DNA of 39,144 bases from a virus. Taxonomy: Duplodnaviria > Caudoviricetes. How positions within the stretch are numbered: the first letter of the stretch is position 1; every line of letters starts with the position of its first letter. Both the position numbers and the translations under genes were made by a program. Below, piece after piece: positions 7,361 to 15,665 of this stretch. The notes below the pieces were generated by a model. It searched no databases and was not told the origin of the DNA. It saw only the letters and a list, made by a program, of their open reading frames with translations. The stretch is from the IMG/VR virus record IMGVR_UViG_3300037424_000319, positions 1-39,144 of that record; one strand, written 5' to 3'.

Positions 7361-8427
7361 CGCGTTCTATGATCCCCGCGATTTCGTCCGGCCCATTTGA
7401 GGCGACCCCAACCAGGCTCGTCGTTCGACAAAAGGATGTCGCATTCGAGATCTGGCAAGCATATGGGGAGGGGCTAAGGCGAGTAGAGGGAGCCCTCCAG
7501 TGGGTTATAGGAGACTGGATCAATTACGGTGAGGCGGCCTATGGCGAGACGTATGCCCAGGCTCTGGAGCTTTGGCCGGAAGCCGAGTACACGTCTCTCT
7601 CTAATTACAAGGTGACGGCCGAGAGGGTTTCCAAACGTTTGGAAACCCTCTCTTGGGCCCATCACTTCGAAGTCCGTCGGCTTGAGCCAACCGAACAGGC
7701 AAGGTGGCTGTCGGAGGCGGAAGCCAAGAACTGGAGCGTACGCGATCTTCGTCGCGCCATCCAGGCACAAACGCCGAGGAAGGATTGGCTACAACTTTAC
7801 AGTCTGTGGCGCTTTGATACGCCCGACCCCGCATTCGGCCAGGGGCATCCCGGCAACATCCCCGGCCAGGTGAACATGAACCTGAATTACTACCTCACGG
7901 AGCCGGGCGAGTTGATCGTGGACCTCTTCGCAGGCGGTGGGACGACGCTCGATGTCTGCGCCGAGGACAACGACGATTACGGCAATCGGAAGTGTCTCTC
8001 CTTCGACCGGAAGCCCGTCCGCAAAGAGATCAAGAAGTGGGACTTGACCGATGGTCTGCCCGACTTCCCCGGCGCGGCGATGGTGTTTCTCGACCCGCCG
8101 TACTGGGGACAGAAGGCCGGCGAGTATAGCGGCGATCCAACAGACCTGGCGAACATGCCGCTGGAGCAATTCAACAAGACGCTCGCCGCCGTCGTGGATG
8201 CAAGCCTGAAGCGCGCCCGATGCGTGGCCCTCATCATCGGGGCGACTCAGAAGGACGGCCAATTCTACGACCACGCGGCATGGCTGATGGGCGCGTTCGG
8301 AGCCCCGCGTCATCGCTTTCAGGTTCCGTATTCCACCGAGCAGTACAAGGCCTTCGACGTGGTGCGGGCGAAGAAGAACAAGGCATATCTCAATGTCTGT
8401 CGCGACCTCATGGTGTGGGCCCAATGA
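7357..8427 (+). CDS. Amino (N6-A/N4-C) DNA methyltransferase with N-terminal helical domain
   Basis: VDLFAGGGTT (motif I) followed by FLDPPY (motif IV). Confidence 0.8.
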   Translation: MTRSMIPAISSGPFEATPTRLVVRQKDVAFEIWQAYGEGLRRVEGALQWVIGDWINYGEAAYGETYAQALELWPEAEYTSLSNYKVTAERVSKRLETLSWAHHFEVRRLEPTEQARWLSEAEAKNWSVRDLRRAIQAQTPRKDWLQLYSLWRFDTPDPAFGQGHPGNIPGQVNMNLNYYLTEPGELIVDLFAGGGTTLDVCAEDNDDYGNRKCLSFDRKPVRKEIKKWDLTDGLPDFPGAAMVFLDPPYWGQKAGEYSGDPTDLANMPLEQFNKTLAAVVDASLKRARCVALIIGATQKDGQFYDHAAWLMGAFGAPRHRFQVPYSTEQYKAFDVVRAKKNKAYLNVCRDLMVWAQ

Positions 8428-8894
8428 TTCTGCGGGAATCCAGGGAGGAACGACTTTATCACTACCGCGAATGGGAAATGGATTTCGCCGCCACGCCCTG
8501 CAGGCTCGTATATCCATATCCGCAGTGCGGGGGGCACTGGGTGAAGAACGGCGGTCCTGGCTGTGACTTCATTTGCAGTGCCTGCCGCCGATGGGCCGAT
8601 GCCAAGTACTCAGGGAAGATGATTGATCTGAATCACGTCAGGTTCAATTGTTCGCGCCAGCCTTGGGATCACTATCTTGCCACCACGCTTCTGGTAGTAA
8701 GGACGGCCTGGGATAGCACGCCGAACGATGTCGCACTGCTGAAGGGCGACGGCAAGATAGTGGGAACACATGCCCCGTCCGAACGAGGAACAAAGCAATT
8801 TGGCAGCACGCCTTATTACGAGATCCAGTCGATCTGCTATCCAATTCTTACGAATGCAATGATGGCGGTCTTGAGAAGCGAGGCCTCCGCATGA
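8424..8894 (+). CDS. Hypothetical protein
   Basis: ATGA overlap with the methyltransferase stop; Cys-rich; 156 aa. Confidence 0.6.
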   Translation: MILRESREERLYHYREWEMDFAATPCRLVYPYPQCGGHWVKNGGPGCDFICSACRRWADAKYSGKMIDLNHVRFNCSRQPWDHYLATTLLVVRTAWDSTPNDVALLKGDGKIVGTHAPSERGTKQFGSTPYYEIQSICYPILTNAMMAVLRSEASA

Positions 8895-8967
8895 TCCCTC
8901 TCCCCGTCCGTCTGTTCATAGCCGCGTGGTGGGCGTTATGCCTCGCCGCTTTTGGAGTGTTGCAGCC

Positions 8968-9156
8968 ATGAATGACCCCTGGACGACTGACGACTTGGAC
9001 CGACTGCGGGCGGCGTTTGACGCGTTCGACAAGGAGCAGAGACGGTGCGCCCAGCAAGAGTTGTGGTTCATCGTCAAGGGAGTGCTGCTGATCGTGCTGG
9101 TGATTGCCGGGATTGTTGGGTTGTCGCTGCTGTTCGGGTGGGGGGTGGGATGGTGA
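8968..9156 (+). CDS. Small membrane protein
   Basis: C-terminal hydrophobic helix LWFIVKGVLLIVLVIAGIVGLSLLFGW. Confidence 0.55.
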   Translation: MNDPWTTDDLDRLRAAFDAFDKEQRRCAQQELWFIVKGVLLIVLVIAGIVGLSLLFGWGVGW

Positions 9157-9254
9157 AGTTCAGCTGCGTAATATGCGGCTTGGTGTTCAAACGCCTCGAC
9201 TGGCTGCTGGCGCATGTCGGCCAGTGTTCGGCGTGGCTGAGGAGAGCGAATTGA
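9150..9254 (+). CDS. 34-aa classical zinc-finger-like peptide
   Basis: FSCVICGLVFKRLDWLLAHVGQC; overlaps both neighbours. Confidence 0.5.
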   Translation: MVKFSCVICGLVFKRLDWLLAHVGQCSAWLRRAN

Positions 9255-9796
9255 GCGGAGAGCGTAGACCAATTAGCAAGGGAGCACGCTTCGACGTATT
9301 CCGGCGAGACGCATTCACGTGCCAATACTGCGGCCGACGGCCACCGGAGGCGGTGCTAGAGGTAGATCATGTTCTTGCGGTCGTCGAAGGCGGCGGCAAC
9401 GACGAAATGAATCTCGTCACGAGTTGTGCCGACTGCAACCGCGGCAAGGGGCGAAAGCGTCTTGAGGCAATTCCAAGACCGGACGCCGAGGACGCTTGGC
9501 TTGAAATCCAGCAAGAGGTCGCGGAGCTTCGTCGTTATCAGGAGGGCAAAGCCGGAAGGGACGCGATCCGAAAGGCGGTTGTCGATGGCTTAGCCGAGAT
9601 GTGGTGTGAACAGATGGGCCTCGATTGGTACCCGCAGGAGAGAACGCTCGAGGACTGGGTGTCGAAGTTTGGCCCGGAGATGGTTGAACAAGCCATCCGC
9701 GCCGTGGCCCCCAAGGTTGTCTCGGGAAGAGTTGCGGCTAGCACGGCTGCAATCGCCTATACCAGGGGCGTGCTCAACAAGATGGCCGAGCGATGA
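9251..9796 (+). CDS. HNH endonuclease-domain protein
   Basis: RFDVFRRDAFTCQYCG...LEVDHV...NLVTSCADCNRGKG; TTG start after GGAG. Confidence 0.88.
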   Translation: MSGERRPISKGARFDVFRRDAFTCQYCGRRPPEAVLEVDHVLAVVEGGGNDEMNLVTSCADCNRGKGRKRLEAIPRPDAEDAWLEIQQEVAELRRYQEGKAGRDAIRKAVVDGLAEMWCEQMGLDWYPQERTLEDWVSKFGPEMVEQAIRAVAPKVVSGRVAASTAAIAYTRGVLNKMAER

Positions 9797-10608
9797 GCAT
9801 CAAAGCCATGACGCACGTCTGGGAGACGAGTCAGCATAAGCACTCCACGCTGCTGGTGCTACTGGCAATCGCCGACTACGCCAACGACGCCGGCCAGGCG
9901 TGGCCGAGCATAGACAGTCTGGCCAGGAAGGCCAGGACTTCCAGGCGCCAGGTGATTGACATCATCAAGCGCCTGGAGGCTGGTGGCGAACTCGGAGTAG
10001 CGGTGGGGGCGTCACCCTTCGGGACGAACATCTATACCATATCTGGCGGTGCGGAAAACGCAAATGGCATATTCTACGCGAATCGCGACGCGAAACTGCA
10101 CCCGATCCGTCATGAACAGTCTTCTTCTTCCCAAAATGGGGCCGCGAATGTTCTTGAGGGATTGGGTGCGGTTTCCGGCGGGAATGGCGCGCGGAAGCCG
10201 GACGGTTCCTTCGGCGCCGTCATTCACGCCTGGGAGTCTTTGTGCGGCCCCATAACGACGGCAGCCGCGGAGCAGCTGAACGACCTAGCCGACGAGGCGG
10301 AGTCTCGTCGGCTTCTCTTGCCGGCGGGGTCGGCGGGGGCGACGGAGTCGGGTCCGGGGTGGTTGCTTGCGGCGATTGAGGAGGCGACTCGTGCGTCGAC
10401 GAACGGCCGCGTGTCGGTGAACTTCGTGAACTCGATACTCTCGAGGTGGTACCGGGACGGGTTCAAGGCGGCGTTCCGGAAGGTGGCGAAAGCGGACCAA
10501 GGCGGCGAGGTGCTGTCCGAGTCCGACTGGGATAAGCGCCGGGCCGAAGTGAAGGCGGCACGGGAAAAGCACGAGGCCGCGCTGAAGGCGAAGGAGGCCG
10601 TGAAGTGA
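9793..10608 (+). CDS. Phage replication initiator (N-terminal HTH, DnaD-like C-terminal)
   Basis: LVLLAIADYANDAGQAWPSIDSLA HTH; NFVNSILSRWYRDG DnaD-like motif; followed by loader ATPase. Confidence 0.8.
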   Translation: MSIKAMTHVWETSQHKHSTLLVLLAIADYANDAGQAWPSIDSLARKARTSRRQVIDIIKRLEAGGELGVAVGASPFGTNIYTISGGAENANGIFYANRDAKLHPIRHEQSSSSQNGAANVLEGLGAVSGGNGARKPDGSFGAVIHAWESLCGPITTAAAEQLNDLADEAESRRLLLPAGSAGATESGPGWLLAAIEEATRASTNGRVSVNFVNSILSRWYRDGFKAAFRKVAKADQGGEVLSESDWDKRRAEVKAAREKHEAALKAKEAVK

Positions 10609-11372
10609 TCCACGTCCAGGAAGTCTTGGGTGAGGCCGCCAAGAGGCACATTGCCGAGATGCGGGACCGGCCGCCGGCCTTCCAGCGATCGATCTGCGCG
10701 CCGGGATGTCCATTGTGCGGTGGGCTGGGCTACCTCCGCGAGAGTCGTGCGATTGGGGATCCGCAGTACGGCAAGCTGGAGCTGTGCCCGAACGTCGATC
10801 GGTTGGGTCTTCCGGGCGCGGCACGGTACGGGGTCACGCACGACGAGCTCGCGTCCCTGTCATGGGACAGCGTGACTGACCAGGGCCAGGCATTGGCTGC
10901 GGCCGAGGTGGTGAGAGCGACTCTCGAGCGCGGCTACGGCTGGGTGTTCTTGTGGGGCGGGTACGGGCTGGCCAAGACGCTGATCCTCAAGGTGGCGGTG
11001 ACTCAATGGCTCAAGGCAGGCGGGGAAGCGGCCTACACGCGCATGGCGTCGGTGATCGACAACCTGCGCGCGGCGTTCGACGCGGACGATCCCAGCGAGG
11101 AGAGTGAGCGCCGGCTGGCATGGTGGACTTCGGTTCCGGTTCTGGCGGTGGACGAGTTCGACCGCGTGCGTTCGACGGAGTACGCCGACGAGAGGCGCTT
11201 CCTGCTCATGGACCGACGGTACGAGGCCGCCGGCCGGGAGAAGACGGTGACTCTCATGGCGTCGAACACGGACCCGCGGCAGCTACCGGGGTACCTGGCC
11301 GACCGCGTGTTGGACGGCCGGTTCAAGGTTGTGCAGCTGACGGGCCAGTCGTTCAGACCGGGAATGGGATGA
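10605..11372 (+). CDS. DnaC/IstB-like AAA+ helicase loader
   Basis: CPLC zinc motif, Walker A variant GGYGLAKT, Walker B LAVDEFD, DRRY, ASN, DRV. Confidence 0.88.
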   Translation: MIHVQEVLGEAAKRHIAEMRDRPPAFQRSICAPGCPLCGGLGYLRESRAIGDPQYGKLELCPNVDRLGLPGAARYGVTHDELASLSWDSVTDQGQALAAAEVVRATLERGYGWVFLWGGYGLAKTLILKVAVTQWLKAGGEAAYTRMASVIDNLRAAFDADDPSEESERRLAWWTSVPVLAVDEFDRVRSTEYADERRFLLMDRRYEAAGREKTVTLMASNTDPRQLPGYLADRVLDGRFKVVQLTGQSFRPGMG

Positions 11373-11824
11373 AGGGATTGGCGGATGGCAATTAGGATTC
11401 GATCAGTAGAGGGCGTTATGGTGGCACTCTGTGCCGCGCGCTCCGTTGGAAAGGTCGGCGATGTGTATCTTGACGATGCCCAACACCACGCCTTGTACGA
11501 GAAGTTCGCAGAGGACTTCGAATCGGAGGGTTATGACACGAGGCCATTATGTGACGAGGAGACAAGAGTGCGAGCGAGAGAAGAGGCCAACAATCCCGCA
11601 CGGGCATGGTGGGACGCAACCTACTGTCGTGAGACGTAGAACGGGCCAGAGCTTCCGGCCAGGGATGGGGTGAGATGAGAGCCGCGCATCACTGGTCGCA
11701 TTTCGTAGAACCTGACAAATCAGATGTCTCGCTGACCGGGGTACTTGGCCGACCGCGTGTTGGACGGCCGGTTCAAGGTTGTGCAGCTGACGGGCCAGTC
11801 ATTCAGACCGGGGATGGGGTGAAG
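11285..11824 (+). repeat. Three copies of the DnaC-like 3' end
   Basis: 11285-11374 matches 11735-11824 (86/90). 11641-11673 encodes the same TGQSFRPGMG* with different codons. Confidence 0.92.
11385..11639 (+). CDS. Hypothetical protein (inserted moron)
   Basis: 84 aa ORF between repeat copies. Confidence 0.65.
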   Translation: MAIRIRSVEGVMVALCAARSVGKVGDVYLDDAQHHALYEKFAEDFESEGYDTRPLCDEETRVRAREEANNPARAWWDATYCRET

Positions 11825-11825
11825 C

Positions 11826-12062
11826 ATGTATCCACAAACGTACTGTCCGTTCTGCCACGGGGTGACCGGCACGGGCGGCTTCGTGCATGAATGGAATTGC
11901 CCGAACAATCCGGTGAACCATACTGCGGGCGGGGACACAACCCCGCTGGGCTGGCGCTGTCCTAGTTGCGGGCAAGTCTATTCCCCGTTCGTTGGGGAGT
12001 GTCACAACTGTCGGCCCAGGATGGTCACGGGCAATACCTCGGGCGTGTTCAATGCCGACTGA
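11826..12062 (+). CDS. Zinc-ribbon protein
   Basis: CPFC...GWRCPSCGQVYSPFVGECHNC. Confidence 0.65.
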   Translation: MYPQTYCPFCHGVTGTGGFVHEWNCPNNPVNHTAGGDTTPLGWRCPSCGQVYSPFVGECHNCRPRMVTGNTSGVFNAD

Positions 12063-12294
12063 TGCTTGCCTCTGTTCCCACCCGCGCCAGTCGCACGACT
12101 ACGACGGCGCGTGCCAACTCTGTCGTTGTCTGCAGCTTGAACTCGGCCCATCGTCGGGAGTGCCGAGTGTGTACCGGGTGCCCGAGACACGAACGAAGTT
12201 ACCGGTCGACCCGGCGTTGGAGCGGGCGAAGGCGAGTGCGGAGCTGGTGGAGCACGTGCCGGCGGGAAGCATACCGACGGGAGATGCGCTATGA
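12052..12294 (+). CDS. Small Cys/His-rich hypothetical protein
   Basis: CLCSH...H...CQLCRC. Confidence 0.5.
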   Translation: MPTDACLCSHPRQSHDYDGACQLCRCLQLELGPSSGVPSVYRVPETRTKLPVDPALERAKASAELVEHVPAGSIPTGDAL

Positions 12295-12307
12295 GAGAGG
12301 AGGGGAC

Positions 12308-12751
12308 GTGAGCGAGAAGACGTACACCCCCGAGACGCTGCGGGCGCTGGCCTTTGTTGACGCAGACGGGTACGCCGCCCGCATCGGCAAGGCCGACATA
12401 GATGCCCACGCCGACGCCTGGGAGACGCAGCACCTCACGAACATGGCGTACCTCGAAGCGGCGGATGAGACTATCAAAGAACTGCGGGCGCAATTGGAGG
12501 CGTTCGCCCCGGATGAAGACGTGGCCCTTGCGCGGGCGCTGTTCGAAGCTTCGCCCGACGTAGCCCAGGTAGGGGAGTTCACAGCGACCGTGGAGAACGT
12601 GCTGGTGGTACACAACAAATCGACCGCATACGACGAGGAGGAATGGAGCCGCCTCATGGATATTGAATTGAGGTTCTATGGGCTTCGTCCCGACACTCGT
12701 CTCTCGTTCCGATATATCCCGGCCGCCTCCCTCGTCGCGGAAGACAAGTGA
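12308..12751 (+). CDS. Hypothetical protein
   Basis: GTG start after GAGGAGG; coupled to the next ORF. Confidence 0.65.
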   Translation: MSEKTYTPETLRALAFVDADGYAARIGKADIDAHADAWETQHLTNMAYLEAADETIKELRAQLEAFAPDEDVALARALFEASPDVAQVGEFTATVENVLVVHNKSTAYDEEEWSRLMDIELRFYGLRPDTRLSFRYIPAASLVAEDK

Positions 12752-13116
12752 CCCGCCAACTCCGGCAAAAGACTGGCGCAGCCTCGGATGCCTACGAGCG
12801 GCCAAGGAAGAGATGCAAAGGAATCTGCCAGCGATTGGTGTACGACGACATGATGCAGTACGGGATGTGTGCGGAGTGCTTGGCGGTGATGTCGAAAGGG
12901 CACCCGAACGAGGGGCGGAACGAGAAGCGCATGACGATCATCCACGACCCGTCGGGGACGTACCGGGAGGGGCATGCGCAGCTTCCGCTGACTCAGTTCG
13001 AGGCGGGGTTGAGGCTGATGACTCTGGATGCCGGGACGGTGGTGCAGGACTCTGAGGGGAACCTGTTGAGGGTGTGTGAAACGAAAGGGATGAAGCAGTG
13101 GATTGAGCCCGAGTAG
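12748..13116 (+). CDS. Hypothetical protein
   Basis: GTGA overlap; C-terminus KGMKQWIEPE recurs at 13456-13491. Confidence 0.6.
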   Translation: MTRQLRQKTGAASDAYERPRKRCKGICQRLVYDDMMQYGMCAECLAVMSKGHPNEGRNEKRMTIIHDPSGTYREGHAQLPLTQFEAGLRLMTLDAGTVVQDSEGNLLRVCETKGMKQWIEPE

Positions 13117-13136
13117 GGCGAGAGGAGAAAAGGAAA

Positions 13137-13325
13137 ATGGCTACGATAACGCTTCAAATCAAGGCAGTGGTATCCAAAGAGATTCAGTTCGCGACGCTGG
13201 AGGAACTGATCGAGCTTGGTGCAGAATTGGCAAAGGAGTATAGCCCGGCCAGTAAGGGATGGTCATACTGCGATGGATCGGTGGTACTCATCGGCGTCGA
13301 AAACGAGTGGGACACGGAGGCATGA
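13137..13325 (+). CDS. Hypothetical protein (inserted moron)
   Basis: Strong RBS; stop overlaps the repeated cassette end. Confidence 0.65.
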   Translation: MATITLQIKAVVSKEIQFATLEELIELGAELAKEYSPASKGWSYCDGSVVLIGVENEWDTEA

Positions 13326-13379
13326 CGCCGTCGCCCAACGTACCTGCTGAAGCGGACTCTAGCTACAAGTCCCCGGCAG
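13322..13379 (+). repeat. Second copy of cassette end (inverted relative to 3167-3224)
   Basis: 49/58 identity: identical 19-bp and 21-bp blocks flanking a diverged 18-bp middle. Confidence 0.9.
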
Positions 13380-13510
13380 TGTCATAAGGGGAGGGCTCGT
13401 CATCGACCCAGAGCAACCCCCGACGCCTACCGAGACCGCGAAGGCGGAGTAACCAAAGGGGATGAGGCAATGGCTGGAACCGGAAGCGTGACACCGCTGG
13501 AGAGGAGACG

Positions 13511-13906
13511 ATGATGACCAACTATGGCCAAGGCTATTGGACGGCTGAGACGTGGCGCAGGCTTGGGGCGTTCTCCCGACTGGCTGATGCCCGCGGGATT
13601 GCCTACTGGAAGCGTCAAGCGGAGGCCGAGCACGAGCGGGCGGAGAGGCTAGAGTCCATGCTGGAAGTCTATCGTGGTGAGTATGGACGCGGTTACGACC
13701 TCGGGCTGTCGGTTTTCAGGGCCGAGCGCGACGAAGCCCGCCAGGTGGCGATGCAGCTGCTGCGGCTGGCGAAGGCACAAGACGCGCTGTTGCTGGCCCA
13801 AGATGAGCATGGGCCGCATGACTGGCGAGCCACCGAGAGGCTATGTCTGCTTGATGATGCCTGGGTGGCCATGTCGCCCGCGTTGCGCCGGCTGGTGGAG
13901 GAGTGA
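13511..13906 (+). CDS. Coiled-coil hypothetical protein
   Basis: GAGGAG RBS; RAERDEAR coiled-coil pattern. Confidence 0.6.
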   Translation: MMTNYGQGYWTAETWRRLGAFSRLADARGIAYWKRQAEAEHERAERLESMLEVYRGEYGRGYDLGLSVFRAERDEARQVAMQLLRLAKAQDALLLAQDEHGPHDWRATERLCLLDDAWVAMSPALRRLVEE

Positions 13907-14241
13907 AGATTCGACTGTCTCGCGCTGATGCGGAGTTCTCGAGGGCGATCAAAGAGAGGGATGGCTGGCGATGTCGTCGGTGCGGGACTCAGTACGCTGA
14001 AGGCTCACGGGGGTTACATTGTGCCCACATTGTCGGCCGGCGGAACCGAGAGTTGAGGTGGGATGAGAGGAATGCCGTGTCTCTCTGTGCATCGTGTCAC
14101 TTCTGGGCACACGGGAACCCCATAGGCTTCACGTCATGGGTGCGCAGCGAGATAGGGGCGACAGGATACAACTGGCTTAAGCGGATCGGGGCAACACCCA
14201 AGAAGGTTCGAGAGACAGCGTGTAAAGGAGAATCGAAATGA
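13903..14241 (+). CDS. NinG/Rap-like HNH-fold nuclease
   Basis: ADAEFSRAIKERDGWRCRRC...HCAHIVGRRN...RWDERNAVSLCASCH. Confidence 0.78.
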   Translation: MKIRLSRADAEFSRAIKERDGWRCRRCGTQYAEGSRGLHCAHIVGRRNRELRWDERNAVSLCASCHFWAHGNPIGFTSWVRSEIGATGYNWLKRIGATPKKVRETACKGESK

Positions 14242-14528
14242 CAGTCTGGTACACGAATCAGTTATGCCGCCCGCGTGCTAGGGCCGCCCTGGACGGCCAG
14301 AAGCACCCGTTGGTCGACATCGGCCACCGGATCGTGGAGGCGGAAGAGTCGCATGAGTGGATCCGTTCGACGGAGGAAATGCCCGAGCCCTATCCGCGGG
14401 CCTGGTACCTTCGGGAGTGGCTGTCCGAACCGGCCATCCCCCCGACGACATCGCCCCCAACAACGTCGGTGGACGAGGCGGTGCTGGTCGTGTGGCACGC
14501 CCTGTTGGAGGCGCTGAGGGGTGGCTGA
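14238..14528 (+). CDS. Hypothetical protein
   Basis: AGGAG RBS, ATGA overlap; PPTTS tandem duplication. Confidence 0.55.
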   Translation: MTVWYTNQLCRPRARAALDGQKHPLVDIGHRIVEAEESHEWIRSTEEMPEPYPRAWYLREWLSEPAIPPTTSPPTTSVDEAVLVVWHALLEALRGG

Positions 14529-14763
14529 GGTCCTGCGCTGCCCCCCTCGCAACAGAAACGACAGAACGCCCGAGGAGCGCGCCGCTTTGGTGGTGTGGCA
14601 CCTGTCACATGGAGACGCGTTCCGCACGAGTGAGGCCGCAAGGATGACGGGCCTCACTTGGGGCGGAGCGGAGAGACTTCTAGGGGCGATCTCCCGCGTG
14701 ATCCCGATCTACCAGGACGACGAAGGCATGTGGCAGGTGCTAGCGATGCAAGAAGGTCAATAG
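14521..14763 (+). CDS. HTH protein, possible late regulator
   Basis: FRTSEAARMTGLTWGGAERLL; last rightward gene before the packaging module. Confidence 0.6.
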   Translation: MAEVLRCPPRNRNDRTPEERAALVVWHLSHGDAFRTSEAARMTGLTWGGAERLLGAISRVIPIYQDDEGMWQVLAMQEGQ

Positions 14764-15053
14764 ACATCCAGCGAAAGAAGCAGGAAGTCGCCATTGGACC
14801 TGCGCTCAACCATGCATTCGTATTGATTGCCCTGGTCTGCGTACCACACGCGGACCAAGAACTGCTCGCCCGACAAATGTAGGACCCCGGACTCTCTGTA
14901 ATCCTCAGCGTCCAAGAACGATAGCCCGTACTGTTTCTCGACAAACAGCGTGCAGGCAGTCCACGCGTTCTCCTCGACGCTTGACGTTCTGGTTCCTCCA
15001 CCGCACGCGACCAGCATAAGAGACAGCGCGATCACGGCCATCAAGGGTTTCAT
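14757..15053 (-). CDS. Lipoprotein moron
   Basis: MKPLMAVIALSLMLVA-C lipobox; GAGG RBS; antisense to neighbours. Confidence 0.75.
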   Translation of the reverse strand: MKPLMAVIALSLMLVACGGGTRTSSVEENAWTACTLFVEKQYGLSFLDAEDYRESGVLHLSGEQFLVRVWYADQGNQYECMVERRSNGDFLLLSLDVY

Positions 15054-15293
15054 GTTGGCCTCCTCTCTTGCCGTTGATTATCGCTTGGTTTCTCCAATCC
15101 GTCACAGACTCCCCAATAGGACACCCACGGGTAGCCCGTGTTGTAGTGTGGGGCCGTAGAGATACGGCTTTTCCAAGGCCGGCTACCGGGGTAGGCCAAA
15201 TGCCTGTAACCGCCCGGACAACTGAGGCTCGCCGACGCCCGCCATGCGTGGGCGCTCGGCGTTTCCGTTTCGGCCATTTAGACGGCAGCGCTC

Positions 15294-15665
15294 ATGGATG
15301 AGCGGAAAGCGAACGGCCAGTTCGCAGAAGGCGGGCCGGGCGGGCCGGGCAGGCCGCCGAAAGCCCGCGAGCTCGCGTACCTCGCGATCCTCAAAGAAGT
15401 CGTCACGCTCGACGCGTGGCGCGAGATCGTCGCCAAAGCCGTCGAAGATGCAACGGCGAGCGCGGACCCGATCGCACGGAACCAAGCGCGGCGGTTCCTC
15501 GCCGAGTACGCGATCGGGAAGCCGACGCAGTCGATCCGCGTCCGGAGCGACAGCGATCCGTTCGAGGACTTCGCCAGTCTCTCCGACGAAGAGCTCGAAG
15601 CGATCGCTTCTGACACCGACGACGGCGAGGCAGGTCCTCGCCGAGAGGAAGCATCGGAGGAGTAG
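15294..15665 (+). CDS. terS: Terminase small subunit
   Basis: NGQFAEGGPGGPGRPP N-terminus, IGKPTQ, LSDEELEAIA; directly upstream of terL. Confidence 0.8.
   Translation: MDERKANGQFAEGGPGGPGRPPKARELAYLAILKEVVTLDAWREIVAKAVEDATASADPIARNQARRFLAEYAIGKPTQSIRVRSDSDPFEDFASLSDEELEAIASDTDDGEAGPRREEASEE

Noticed and set aside
10045-10105. Iteron origin inside the replication initiator
   Set aside because: Only short degenerate GCG(G)AA repeats; too weak to call, although the position would fit.
11285-11824. Diversity-generating retroelement TR/VR pair
   Set aside because: No reverse transcriptase in the window. The mismatches are synonymous and not confined to adenines of one copy, and the target is a replication ATPase.
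15150-15230. tRNA, twister or HDV-like ribozyme
   Set aside because: The GGGGCCGTAG and GGCCGGC starts are suggestive, but there is no T-loop or cloverleaf, no HDV P1 partner, and the twister conserved residues are missing.
15244-15609. Long Ser/Arg-rich N-terminal extension of TerL
   Set aside because: Alternate-frame read-through of terS; the composition is typical of a GC-rich shadow frame.
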